From Chiloscyllium plagiosum (taxonomy: Eukaryota), in contig NC_057745.1 in the NCBI RefSeq assembly GCF_004010195.1, positions 11,976,679 through 12,040,678 on the forward strand: a stretch of 64,000 nt of DNA, written 5' to 3'. Below are positions 38,881-51,599 of the stretch, piece after piece. The notes beneath the pieces were generated by a model. It ran no database searches and was not told where the DNA came from. It saw nothing but the letters and a program-made list of their open reading frames with translations. Each line of letters begins with the position of its first letter. Position 1 is the first letter of the stretch. The position numbers and the translations under genes are program-made.

Positions 38881-39982
38881 TCATGGAGAAGCATGATCTT
38901 CTTCCAAAGTAAGTGCCGGCCACAGCCTTCCACCAATCTCCTGCTGACTTGCAGGGGATGGTGACAGTGCGTAGGCCAATGGCTTGAAGAAGGTAAGGGG
39001 TCTATTGAGAGCTATTACTGTATACCCCAATTTTCATTTAGTCTTAGTGCAGTGACTTAGTAACTACTGTTCACTTTCCTGTTCTTTCTGTCACCATTAT
39101 GCACTGTCTGGTGGTAACCGTGCAGTAGGAAACACCACTAGACAAGAAAAATGCCTGAGATGAGAAATCCTAGAGACTCAAGAGTTAGGCTTGAGCAATT
39201 TGGTACAGTCCTAGGTTTCGTTCTAAGGCTGGGGAATTGGTGGGATTGAATAAATCTACCCCGGTCTGATTCTAACATTCACTAATTGTGTCATGTTTTT
39301 ATATGACAGTTCTTGTGAACTAATCTACAACTAGCTTGTTCACTGTCATCTTCTGCAGGGTAATTAGCAATATGTAACCCAGTCTTATTGCACAGTCTGC
39401 GATACACATCATTATAAAGAATAAAGACAACAGAATATCTTGAATACAGAGCTTTGCGAGGTCCTATTGGTCAAAGGATTTTCTAGGATGATGCACTCAA
39501 TGAAGGGCCAACCTTCACAGTAGGAACACTGGCTGAGCTTGTAGTAGAGTGATGAGTAAATTGACTGCAGAGCCAATCTGCTCAACCAGCAGTATCATCC
39601 CAAGTATGCAATACTCACATATCGCCTGTGGCAATACTCACAACAAACCATTTGACATGCTCATTGAAAAAGACAGCAACAGTGCAGGATTACTGCTGCA
39701 TCACTGTAAGACAGTAGTATATAACTAATGAGGCAAATGCATAGCAAGGTCATTCAGAGATCAATTGTAACTGTAACACAGTTGTGTTTTTGTTTATCTT
39801 TTGTTGGCAAGTCATTACTTAAGCCAAGTAAAAGGATACAGGGATTTTTGAATTTCCTGTCCTTGGGAAGCTTCTCTGCTTTTCAAATTATTGTTGTCCT
39901 TTCCTTATTTTTCATCTTGAAATGTGAAACACAGATTAAAAAGTAATATCACAAGCATTTCAAACTGAACTGTTATATGTAT

Positions 39983-42900
39983 CTGAAATACCTCCACATA
40001 GGCCAGCATCCCGTCACCCTTTATTTACATGTGGAGAATCCTTGATTCTGATCCAGCCCCCTCAGAGCCAGCTCTCACAGTGAACAGAACATCTGACACT
40101 CCTGTTTATATCTGTCAGCCAAGGCTCCCTGATTGGACCAGGTTAACAGCCCCAATCAGGGGACTTATATTCTATGAGGTCCATCTGGCTGACTCTGTAA
40201 CACTCATGACATCCATCCCCCTCTAAATCCAGGCACATACGCCTGTACTTTCACTTGTAGACCTCTCCTGGGGTGTCTTTGCATCAGGTCTGGTTCCTCC
40301 AAACTGAGCCTCGGATATGGGTGATATTTACTAGAACATAGATTGCCTCCTGCACCCAGAACATCTCTGAAGAAATTCCACCTCTTCTTCAGGGCGTTAA
40401 AGACATTGAGACTGCGACATCTGCTGTATCCATCTCAGATTCCGAGGTTTCATGGACACTAGACAGAGGGGGAGAGCCCACAGATTCCAGCTGTTCTGAG
40501 AAGCCGGGTATGTTTTGTTCCTGTCCAAAGTGCTTGCTAAAGACCATCACGGGACCTGATCTTGTGCCGAGCATGCCTTGTACCCAGGCAGCACCATTTC
40601 TGTGTTTTCAGCACCAAATTTCATCCAATGAAGTAAACTGTCTCTCTGGCTTAGAGGAGTCTTGTGTCTGGTGTTGGCATTCCTAAATGTTCCCCCTTCA
40701 AAAGTCCTGGTGCAGCATCTTCTCCCCATTAGTAACTCTGCTGGAGTTATCCAGTAGTTGCATGACGGGTGATCCAATAATCGAATAGGAACCGGAACAG
40801 TTTGATCTTGGGTGATGCTGGAGTCTGTATCTCCCTTTGCCCTGAGCCACCCCCCCCCCTCTCATTTATCTTTCAACTCCCTTGGGCCACCACCTCATTC
40901 CTGATAAACATCGACTCTCCTACTCCTCAGATGCAGCTTGACCGGCTGTGCTTTTCCAGCGCCACAATTTTTGGCTGTTTCTTTAAGCCTGACTTCAAAT
41001 GTTAGACTGTTCTTTCTGCTAGACTAGTGGGTGATGGTAGGTATGGAGCTGATCTTATATACTGAATGCTGCTTTGACCTTAGGGTATACACAAATTCCC
41101 TCCTGGGTAAATGATGGCCCATTGTCTCTGACCAACATTTCCTCAGGCCCATGTAGCAAAAGTTGCTAGTAGACTTTCTATCATCACTGCCTTGTTTGAC
41201 AAATGACCTCAATTCACATCCAACCAATTGAAATAGACATTCACAATGACGAAGAATGCTAAGCCCATGAAAGGGCCAGCATTGTCAATGTGTAACCGAG
41301 TCTGGAGATTGCCTGGCCATTGGAGAGCTGCTGGCAGTAACTTTAGTCTTGTTGGCACTCTGGGCACTACCCCACCAACACAGCGACGTCTGCATTCAAT
41401 CCTGGTCACCAGACATAACTTTTCACCAACATCTTCATTTTGGAAACCCCTGGATGATCCTGGTGGAGTTCCACCAGTATCTGGCAGCGATCTTTGCTCT
41501 GGAGAGTTACTCTTGTTCCATAGAATAAGATGCCATTATCTACAGTGATCTGATCTCTCCGGGACCGTAAGGTTTCAGTTTTGATTGTGACAGCCCTTTG
41601 GTTTCCCTCATCACCACCAGCTGTTTAAGTTTTGCCCGGACTAGATCTTTCTGTGTCCCATGTCTGATATTGTCAGCTGTGATTGGAAGTGTGTCCAGAA
41701 AATTTAAAACCATTACTGACTCTTTCAATGGCAACACTACTGACAGTGTATCATCTGGGAGAGTTTGCTCATCCACATTTGCTATTTGGCCTCCCAGATG
41801 GTGTTCCAACTTGTAATTGTACATTCTTAGAATGAGAGGCCACTGCTGAATTCAACCTGAAGCTGTGGGCAGCATAGTCCTGTCCTCTTAAGAAGCCCAA
41901 GCAGAGGCTTGTGATCAATTACTATTACAAATTTACATCTGTAAAACAATTGGTGGAACTTTCTCACATCAAAAATAACCGCCAAAACTTCCTTCACTAC
42001 CTGGCATTACCATCAGTGAATCCCTCACTTTCTCTAAGTGCTCTTTATTGGTCTTCCCTATTATCAGTACGTCACTCAGAAAAATGGCGGCCAGGGTAGG
42101 TCTTGTAAAATGTTCTCCATCTTCTGCTGGGAAATGGCACAGGCTGACGATACCCCAGACGGCAGTCTCATATATTGGTACAAACCCTTATGGGTATTAA
42201 TTGTAGCAGACCTCTTGGAATTCTCAACTAACCCCAGTTGCAGGCGGGCATGGCTCACGTTCAGCTTCATGAAGGGTAGGCACTGCCAGTTTTACATATA
42301 AATCCTCTAAGTGAGGTATTAGATCTTTATCCAGCTGCAAAAGGCTGTTTACCTTTTACCTGCAGCATTTAAAATCCCTACAAAGGTGAACCAACCCTTC
42401 AGTCTGCACAGTTGGTACAAACCGGTGCTGAAAATCTGACTGGTTTGATTAGTCCTTCAAGTTCCAGCCTCCTGATTTCTGCCTCTACTCTTATCCGTAA
42501 GGCAAATGGCACTGGGCGGGCCTTGTCGAACATGCAAGGTGACCTTAGCTCCTTTGACAGTCTCTTGACCTTCCTGAAAAACTTCCAAGTAGTTAATTAG
42601 GACTTCACTCAGGCAGCCATTATCTAACCAAAAACTGTTGAACCAATCAAGTGAATCTTTCTCAACTAATTTTGCCCCATCTGGCATGGCCCTGAGCCTT
42701 TTACTACAAACTGTGGTAACTGAACTAGCTGCTTCTCATACGAGACCAGAACCAAAGTTGTCCCCTTAATTAGTAACAGTTCCCCAGTATAGGTTCTTAG
42801 TGTAACAAGGCCATACACAAATGTAAGGGTATGAGTCCAAAGTGAATTTTGTTAAAGACTGTTTCTGCAATTACTGACACATCCACAGCAATACCAACCT

Positions 42901-44556
42901 CCATTAGAACCAGGTGACCATTTGAACAGATTTCCATTTTGATTCATCCTGATTCATTTATTTGTTGTCACATGTACTTTTTACAAAATACGGTGAAAAG
43001 CGTTGTATAGAGTCACCACTCCCTGGCACCATCTTAAAATACGGAAAAATAAATCAAAACATTGAATATAAAGTCAGGAAAATAAAAAAAAAGAAAATGT
43101 ATTCAACCTTACAGTCTATCTTAAGTGCACTGCCTTGAACCTGGTGGCCAGGCCTGAGTCCCTTCGCCACACCGCTGTCGTTGGAATGCAAGTCGCCCAC
43201 TGTTTGGCGCCATCTTGCCTCCGCTCGATATCCATGCCACTATGAGTCCTGACTGGATCTCACCAATGCAGATGCCACTGATGCTGCTGGGCACCATACT
43301 GGCCCAAACTCGACTCCACTACCCTCCATGAGTCCACTTCAGGCCCATCTCGCCCCTGCAGCCACTGCCAATGCTGCCAGGTCTCATAATGGACCCAAAC
43401 TCACCTCTGGATTCGGATATTGCTGAACAATTTAACTGTTCCAAACTAAGTGTAGGTGGACTTTCCAAGGTGTGCACTTTCCTGGATACCAACCTTTGAC
43501 TTCTCTTACACCATTCACACTTAGTTGGACTCTTTTGCTATGTCGAGTCCACATACCTACAGAAACTACAATGGTTTGTCAGCCTAGAGCCTGAAGAAAA
43601 TGTAAACTGTTTGGCTGAGACTTGGCTTTGTTTTGGGGTTTTGCTGTGGGCTGTCCCAGAGTCCCTCTGTTCAGGATATGTCCTGGGTGAGGCTATGCAA
43701 TTGTCTTTACTCAAGTGGTTTTCCCCAAGCTCATTTGGATTAGTGAGGGTGTCCACTCCTATCAACATTTCCTGTAGCTCCCATGCTCCACGTGCTGTAT
43801 TTTCTAATAATGAAACCAATTGCACTTCCTTTTTGAAGTCCCATTGAGCTTCAGCTAATCGGCACTTTTGCATGGTTACATCAATAATCCCACAAAATCC
43901 CACAGTCATGTTCCTCTGCCAATCATCTTAACCTTGTCAAAAATCCCGACATGGATTCCCCAGCTCTCAAACTGCCGAGTAAAACCAATAGCTTCACAAA
44001 ATTAGATGTGGCTTAAGGTCATAATATTCCTTAACTAAATTGGTCAACTCTTGAAAGGTTTTAGCATCTGGTACCTCTAGGAAATGTCAATCTCCTAATA
44101 ACCAAATAAACTGCAGATCCACAAGCTGTTAGGAGAATTACTCATTGATTTTCATCTGCCTGGATAAAAACAATGCATTCTTTCCACATCAGAGCACAGT
44201 CTTCAGCAGCAGGATCGAATGAGTGAAGTTTCCTAAATAACGGCATGATGCCAAAAGTGCTTAACCCAACTCAAAAGGTGGCTGTTGAAAGAGAATTTCT
44301 TCAGGAGCGTGTTTTTTTTTTCTCTCATCGCCACTGAAATAACTCCACAGAGGCCGGTATCCCATCACCAAGTCACCTTTTATTTATACGTGCATAGTAC
44401 TTGACACTGGTCCAGTATCCTCAGAGCCAGCTCTCAGAGTGAACAGCACTTTAACTCTGTCAGCCAGGGCTCCCTGATTGGACCAGCTTAGCAGTCCTAA
44501 TCAGGGAACTCATATTCTATGAAGGCCACCTGGTTGACCTCGTTACAGTCCCGACA
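39983..44556 (-). mobile_element. Degenerate full-length Ty3/Gypsy LTR retrotransposon
   Basis: LTRs 44334-44556 and 39983-40211; PBS-like TGGCGATGAG after 5' LTR; PPT-like AGAGGGGGATGGA before 3' LTR; TSD gtat/gtac; RT 'TINTHKGLYQY.RLP.GVSSA.AI.Q', integrase 'RLHID.AGPFMG'; nested inserts about 40805-40975 (PLE) and about 42950-43410. Confidence 0.9.
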
Positions 44557-46189
44557 GTACTGTTTTACTATTCTAAATAGATTGGGTAAAGTTTCCAAGC
44601 CAGTGTGTATCTTCATATTTCCAACCTGCACATTATCCTTCAACAATTAGAATTGGTATTGTAGTCCGAAGGCTCTGTATGTCACTGAAGAGACGGTTTC
44701 CTGTGATGTGTACATCCTGTGGCACCAGTGGGGAGTATGAACACAGGTTAGAGCATCATTCGTGGGTCTGACTGGTTCCCCAAAATCTGAGGATTCAACA
44801 TTCTCCCATGGATCTCCTTCCTGCCATCCTTTCTCATGGTAACTCTATCTGGGTTGCTTGGGCGAAAGTAGCTCATCTGTGGAAACATGAAGAACATTGT
44901 CCTATTCGTTATTCTGAACCACACATGTGCTGGAATTATAGGAGATTTACTGCAGACATCAAATCAGAGTTGTACAAAATAATTGATTCTGTTCCAGTGT
45001 AGAAGATTAACGCAGGTTATTTTGTGAGTTTAAATATTTGCAAAAAGAAAAGAATTTTGAGAAAGAGCTTAAAGATCATATTGCAAGTACAGTTTCCATG
45101 CTATTACCATATTGGACACTTGTTAAGAATGAAACCATCTGGCACTTACAAGATTGTTGTGAGCCTGAGGACGTGTTGTCTCCCTCACTGAGCAGATTGA
45201 TATTTTCAAATAATCGACCCGTCTCAAACTATCTGGGTTGGGGTCTTCATAGCTTCCTTGTTGTGTTGTAGCCATTTATTTTGGACTCAATTTTCATTCT
45301 TGACATACTTTAGGAGTTCACCAATGTGCTTACTTTGATTTTATGTCTTGTGTGGAGATTTTTGCCGCACTAGGTGATCTACAGCCTCTCCTTGTTCAAG
45401 TTGGTTCATGTTTGCACTGAAAAAAGGGGTCTTGATAATTAATAAATTAATAGTTTTATTAATACAAAAAATTCACTTTCAGTAAAGTAGTTGCTTTTTG
45501 CTTTGGAAATCTATTTGCTGGCTTTATCATTAGTTTGTTATGATCATTAATATAAGTTAAGACCTCAATTCTCGCTGAAAAGGAATTTTTTGATGTAACG
45601 TATTCAGGTTTGCACATAGTCACTTAGGAGTAAGCACATGCAAGATTACATGATGTTTGTTGAGATATAGCTTGCGAGTATTCTTAGAATGCATTTGTTT
45701 CATGAATTCAATTACTTCAATCCATTATATTCTCCTGTATGTAAGCATTTGTCAAACTATGTGATTTCTTTTCTTGCATCGGTCTACTTCAGAGATGAAT
45801 GTGGTGGCATTTTTCAATACGAGCACCTCCACCATAATTACATCTCTTTGCTAGTCAAAACCTTGCAATTGCTGCATCAAACGTGTTTGCATCGATGTGA
45901 ACAATTTTCATAGCACCAGAAAACAGACACACATAGGTCATACGGTTTAAAGAGAATACTAGCGTCTTCCTCAAGTTAGTTAACTGGGAAGTTGTAAACA
46001 TACATACATCATTTAGAGATAGTTGTTTAAAGGTGATTACCAAATACGCTAACAAGGTCCGACATTTGTTCCCACCGAAGTGAGTAATTTTGTGTAAGCT
46101 AAGGCCTCCTTCACTCAGCTATAAAGGAAGCTTTTATTTTAATGGAAGCACACACAGTCCAAGGAGGAAAATATCCACAGATCTCAGAG

Positions 46190-46515
46190 ACACGGCACAG
46201 TGGCTCAGTGGTTAGCACTGCTGCCTCACAGCACCAGCGACCCGGGTTCGATTCCAGTCTTGGGCAACTATGTGGAGTTTGCACATTCTCCCTGTGTCTG
46301 CGTGGGTTTTCTCCAGGTGCTACGGTTTCCTCCCCCCACAATCCAAAGATGTGTAGGTTAGGTGAATTAGCCATGCTAAATTGCCATAGTGTAGGTTAGG
46401 TGCATTAGTCAGGGGTAGATATAAGGTAGGTGGAATGGGTCTGGGTGGGTTACTCTTCGGACGGTTGGTGTGGACTTGTTGAGCTGAAGAGCCTGTTTCC
46501 ACACCGTAGAGATTC
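46190..46515 (+). mobile_element. HE1-type SINE
   Basis: cggcacagtggctcagtggttagcactgctgcctcacagc...gggttcgattcc head, full body and tail. Confidence 0.9.
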
Positions 46516-46711
46516 TTTCTGTGAAAGCTATAGATGAGAAGTTAATGGCTGCATTCCCGAAGGCTCTCAGTCAAAGTCAATGATCTTGTTGTTGAAATTG
46601 CTCCAATCACAAATAGAATGAAACTTCCTACAAATGGCTTCATACCTCCCTGGGATGGTGAACTTCTGAAAAGCATACATGGGCATGGGATATTTTATTT
46701 TTTTGAAACTC

Positions 46712-46842
46712 TTCCCGATGAAGAGTCACCAGACCTGAAACTTTGATTTCTTCCAGCAGATGCCCCCAGATGGGTTGAGTTTCTCCAGCAATTTCTGTTA
46801 TTGTTTCAGATCTCCAACAACTGCAGCTCTTTGTTATATTTC
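46712..46842 (+). mobile_element. PLE terminal fragment (decayed hammerhead)
   Basis: ccgatgaagagtcaccagacctgaaac...ctccagcaatttctg; same family as 3635 insert. Confidence 0.6.
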
Positions 46843-47334
46843 AGCTCATTGCCTGCTTTGCTTAAGTTGTTGATCTTGTATTAAGCCAATTATGTTGTGT
46901 ATGTGGATTTTCAGAAGCGGTTTCTCCCACATAAAGATGGCTGCATAAGGATCAGGCTCATGCAATAGATGGAAATGCATTAAACTTGGATAAACTTGGA
47001 TTAATTAAAAGAAATCAAGCAGCTACATGAGAGAGATCAGCATTGGAAGTAGCGCTGTTAATTATTTTTATCAAAATGGATGCAGGGATTTACAGACTTA
47101 TAGTTCATTTGTTGAATCATCAAGTTTCAGTCTGCTGGCAGAGTCCAGGATAATCTACAAGGATCTCATTAAATGTGATCCTAGAGAGTGAGGGTCACAG
47201 ACAGAGTGGTTCTCAGAATTGATAGGAATTAAATTCCTACAAATTCATCAACAATCTCGAGATTTCTTTTTAAAAAAGACAAGAATCATGTTTGTCTTAT
47301 AATGGGACTGATATGCTCTCACTCATCCAGACTC

Positions 47335-48245
47335 ACTATGGAAGTACCTCAGCTTAGTATTTGGGACCCAACATCTTCAGGTATGTCATCAATAACCTTT
47401 CCTCCATCATAAGGTAAGAGGTTCACTGATAGAAAATGCCATGTTTGGCACTATTCACAACTCCTCAGACACTGAAGCATTTGTGTCCACATGCAGCTTG
47501 ACCTGAACAATATTCAGACTGGGCTGACATGTGGCAAATTACATTCACACCTCACAAATTCCAGGCAATGATCATCACCAACAAGAGAGAATCAAACCAC
47601 CACACCTTGACATTCAATGGCACTACCATCACGGAATCCCCCATTGTCAACACTCTGGGGTGATGATTGACCAGAAACTGAACCGGACCATCCATGTGAA
47701 TATTCCAGCTCCCAAAAACAGATCAGGAGCTGGGGATTTGGCAATGAATCATTCAGCTTCTGACTCCTCAAAGCATAGTCCACCATCTACAATGCACATG
47801 TCAAGAGTGTGATGCTACACTTCCCACTTGTCTGGATAACTTCAGCTCCAACAACACTCAAAGCTTGACAGCATCTAGCACAAAGTAGCCCAGTTGATTG
47901 GCACCACATCCATAAGCATTCACTCCGACCACAATCAACATATCATGTCAACAGTGTGTACAATCTACAGGATGTACTCGAGCAACTCATCAAAGCTCTT
48001 TCGACAGCAACTTCCAAATGTGCACCTGCAACCACCTAGAAAAACAGATACATGGAAACACCTGTAAGTTCCTTCCAAGATACATACCATCCTGACTTGA
48101 AGAGATACTATCATTTCCAGCTGGATCAAAATGCTGCAGTGGTTCATGAAGGCAGCTCACTGCTAATTCCTCAAGGGCAAATAGGAATGAGCAATAAATT
48201 CTGACACAACAAGCTCCAACATCCTGCAAATGAATGGATAAAAAT
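47335..48245 (+). mobile_element. L2-like LINE 3' portion
   Basis: Degenerate RT C-terminus; tail ctcaagggcaaataggaatgagcaataaa...aatgaatggataaaaa shared with SINE family. Confidence 0.75.
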
Positions 48246-48682
48246 GTCCAATCCTAAAGCCATCAGTGCAAACCATTCCCAGGTCCATTTGTGATCTTAC
48301 AACAATCAAAATGTGAAGAATGTTACATAAATTCAGAGAGTCATATCACTTTGATACACGTGACACTCATGTTCTTTCTCAAATTTCCTTTGACTTTCAA
48401 TTTGGCCATTTTTAACAATGTTGGCAGAAACTGACAATCCTAATGAGGAGACCCATCTCAGAATTAAGTGCTTTATTTTTGAAAGTCACAATAATTTTCA
48501 TAAGTTTCGGCATGGCAATGTTATACTTCCTGATTTTATCTTTATTTCAGATTTTATTCATGCATGGGATGCTGGTATTACTGAGGAGCTTGCACTTATT
48601 CCTCAACCCTAATTACCTAAAGGGTAGTTGAGGGTGAACTACATTGCAGTTGGTGTGGAATCACCTGTAGATCTTTCTCCTT

Positions 48683-49143
48683 CAAGGATGCCAGGGTTGG
48701 AGGATTTGAGCTACAAGGAAAGGCTGAATAGGCTGGGGCTGTTTTCCCTGCAGCGATGGAGGCTGAGGGGTGACCTTATAGACATTTATAAAATCATGAG
48801 GGGCATAGAGAGGGTAAATAGACAACGTCTTTTCCCTGTAGTGGTGGAGTCCAGAACTAGAGGGCATAGATTTAGGGTGAGAGGAAAAAGATTTAAAAGG
48901 GACCCAAGGGGCAACCTTTTCACACAGAGGGTGCTGCGTGTAGGAATTAGCTGCCAGAGGAAGTGGTGGAGGCTGGTACAATTACAACATCTAAAAAGGC
49001 ATCTGGATGGGTATATGGATAGGAAGGTTTAGAGGGATATGGGCCAAGTGCTGGCAAATGGGATTAGGTTAGGACATCTGGTTGGCATGGACAAGTTGGA
49101 CAAAAGGGTCTGTTTCTGTGCTGTACATCTCTATGACTCTATG
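48683..49143 (+). mobile_element. CR1 3' fragment nested in a reverse-strand SINE (about 48555-49340)
   Basis: 'RMPGLEDLSYKERLNRLGLFSL..WRLRGDLIDIYKIMRG'; (ctatgact)n tail. Confidence 0.9.
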
Positions 49144-50537
49144 ACATTAGTGAACCTGATGGTCTTTTTTAGCATAATTGACTGTTGGCTGCATGGTCAT
49201 TATGGGACCAGCTTTTTAATGCAAACTTTTATTGAGTTAAAATTTCACCATTTACTACAAAGGGATTCAAACTCAAGTCCTCAGAACAATAATGTGGGAT
49301 TGTGTTACTAATCCAGTAACATTTCCACAACACCACTAGTTTTCCAGGTTTTGTTTTCTCCCATTCCTAAATAAACTCCAGTATAAAATTGTTAATGGTA
49401 ATAATTATACCTTAAACCCTTCCAAGCCGGTAAAAACTGTGTGACTATTTCCACATGTGTGTCATGATTAATGCACCTTCAGATTTTATATAGCTGACAC
49501 ATGGGTTTACCATCTCCCACCAGGGTAACAATGAAGGGATGGAGATCTACCATGAAGATTTTCTCAATCTTCAATCAATATTGTGGATTTCTTTCTCTTC
49601 CTTTGGCCCTACCAAATTTTACTCTTCACTGTTCAATATTTTTCATCAAAAATCTTCATTTTGTTCCTATGTTTGTCTTCCTCTTTAAAGAAGAGTTGGT
49701 TATTTTGTGTTTCTAAGTCTTCCCCATTTGTTATCAGCACTAATCAGCAATATAGCACCTTATGAAAAAAGCTAGGATCTCCTTCTGCTTAGAATACTTG
49801 CCACATGTACAGTAGCATCAAACAGTCCATGCAATAAAGTTGAAAATTTAACAAACTAAAAAATTTCATATTGGAAGGTATCATCATTTCTACTTGTGGT
49901 TTGCCATTATTGCTACAGTGAATAAAAACTGCAATCAGTCTTCACAAAGGAATGCTTAGAGAATGACCCATTAAAGGAAGGCAATGATGCCTCAAAATAG
50001 GCCACACAATCTTTAAAGAGACCACAGGAGAAGCATTCATTCACAAAACGCAAGACATCAAATGACAGCAGGCAAGTCAAGTGCCCACCTAATGTTGACA
50101 GAGGTAAAAGGAACTGAGGCAGCTATTATGTATGTATCAATTTCTGTGAGGGAGGTGCCACAATGTGAACAGGCAATGTCCATTTCGCAGCTGAAGAAGA
50201 ATGAGCAGTATCCACAGAATGATGATCAGTCAGACACCACTGGGGCTGGAAAACATTTGGACAGTGACTACAAGAAGAGTGGGCAGTGCCTGACAGAAAC
50301 AGGCATTCCATGTCACGAAGCTTACTTCCCTATTTCCTTGTTCAAAATATTGCTGAAAAGTCAAAGTTAAAATCAAGATAAAACTGTCAAAATTACTCCT
50401 TTAACACCAATCACTAAAGATCACAAGCCCAGAAAACATATTTAATCAACTTAGCTTCAAGGGTGACTAATTGTCCTGGAATTTTATTACTTTGCATCTA
50501 ACTTAAACTCTATAACAAATAACAGAAGAAAACGTAC

Positions 50538-50625
50538 TTGTAATAGTAGATATCAGAACCCACACGAATCCAATGTGGTCTTCCACACAATGCCTCATGG
50601 ACAGAGTACATCACTGGCTGCATAC
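50538..50625 (-). CDS. AGBL1: Cytosolic carboxypeptidase 4 (AGBL1/CCP4), internal coding exon A (88 bp)
   Basis: AG/GT bounded (tgcag|GTATG...ACAA|gtacgt); translates (G)[28 protein letters not shown](K), matching the CCP1/CCP4 GMQP..YSV.EAL...W.R.G..I.YYK segment; ends in phase 2, compatible with exon B. Confidence 0.9.
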
Positions 50626-51000
50626 CTGCAACATAGCACATACAAGTATTAACTTAATTTGTAACAGAAAGTGTGTTGTATATTACGTAGTGTTCCATCA
50701 ATTGAAGGGGAACTAAAGCTTATTCAGAATTTCTCTGATAGAACTGAATCCTCAAACAATCAATAGATTTGATTCCTTGAACCTTGATTAATCCAACTCC
50801 CTACTACTTGCAGAAACCCATCCCTTCAGATTCACAGTGAATCAACCATTCCAGCAACTTTAGAATTTTTTAGCAGCGTGGACAGCTCAACGCTGCTGTG
50901 TATGTGATATGGTTTGGAGATGCTAGTGTTGGACTAGGGTGTACAAAGTTAAAAATCACAACACCAGGTTATAGTCCAACAGGTATAATTGGAAGCACAC

Positions 51001-51029
51001 TAGCTTTCGGAGCATCGCTCCTTCATCAG
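51001..51029 (-). ncRNA. Minimal hammerhead ribozyme motif
   Basis: CAC-CTGATGA-A-GGAGC-GAT-GCTCC-GAAAGCTA-GTG: intact core, 5-bp stem II, AGCT palindrome, 3-bp stem I. Confidence 0.72.
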
Positions 51030-51046
51030 GTGATTGTCACAATCAA

Positions 51047-51075
51047 CTGATGAAGGAGCGTCACTCCGAAAGCTA
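51047..51075 (+). ncRNA. Minimal hammerhead ribozyme motif
   Basis: CTGATGA-A-GGAG-CGTCA-CTCC-GAAAGCTA. Confidence 0.68.
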
Positions 51076-51599
51076 GTGTGCTTCCAATTAAACCTGTTGG
51101 ACTATAACCTGGTGTTGTGTGATTTTTAACTGTGTATGAGATAGGTGTTTTTGCATGTGATCCTGACCTTTTCCATAATGTACTGATTAGCGCTGACGAC
51201 AAATGGGGAAAACTTAAAAAAATCAAAAGTAACCAATTCTTATTTAAAGAGGAAGACAAACCTAGAGCACAAAAACAAAATGAAGTTTGTTAATGAAAAA
51301 TATTTAGCGAAGAAGAGTAAAATTTCTCACACTTAGAACACAATCCATTCCATTGTATATGTGTCTAAAAGGGTTAACATTGATTGATGGAGTTAGCACC
51401 ACCATCTGTGACAATAGCATGAGTCTCTGGGTAAAACAATAGGAGCTGACAGGAGACTGATCCGAGGCTAAGGTTCTTCCTGCAGTCTCTGTATTAATAA
51501 ACATCATGTTATTGTAAACAATAAATTGTTGCACTAATGTAATAAATTTTAAGTTGTTTGCTCAGCAACACTCTTCCAGTTGGACCAAAAAAGGTGGCT

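Larger units (their letters stand above)
50910..51129. mobile_element. PLE-derived fold-back element with two hammerhead cores
   Basis: About 90-bp inverted arms 50947-51037 / 51039-51131; 14-bp TSD ctgtgtatg(t/a)gata. Confidence 0.85.

Noticed and set aside
20475-50625. AGTPBP1 (CCP1) as the gene identity
   Set aside because: Recalled diagnostic residues (LM|THL, TLGGN, CYLAYHY, LEFL) and very large introns fit AGBL1 better; not fully excluded without a phylogeny or synteny check
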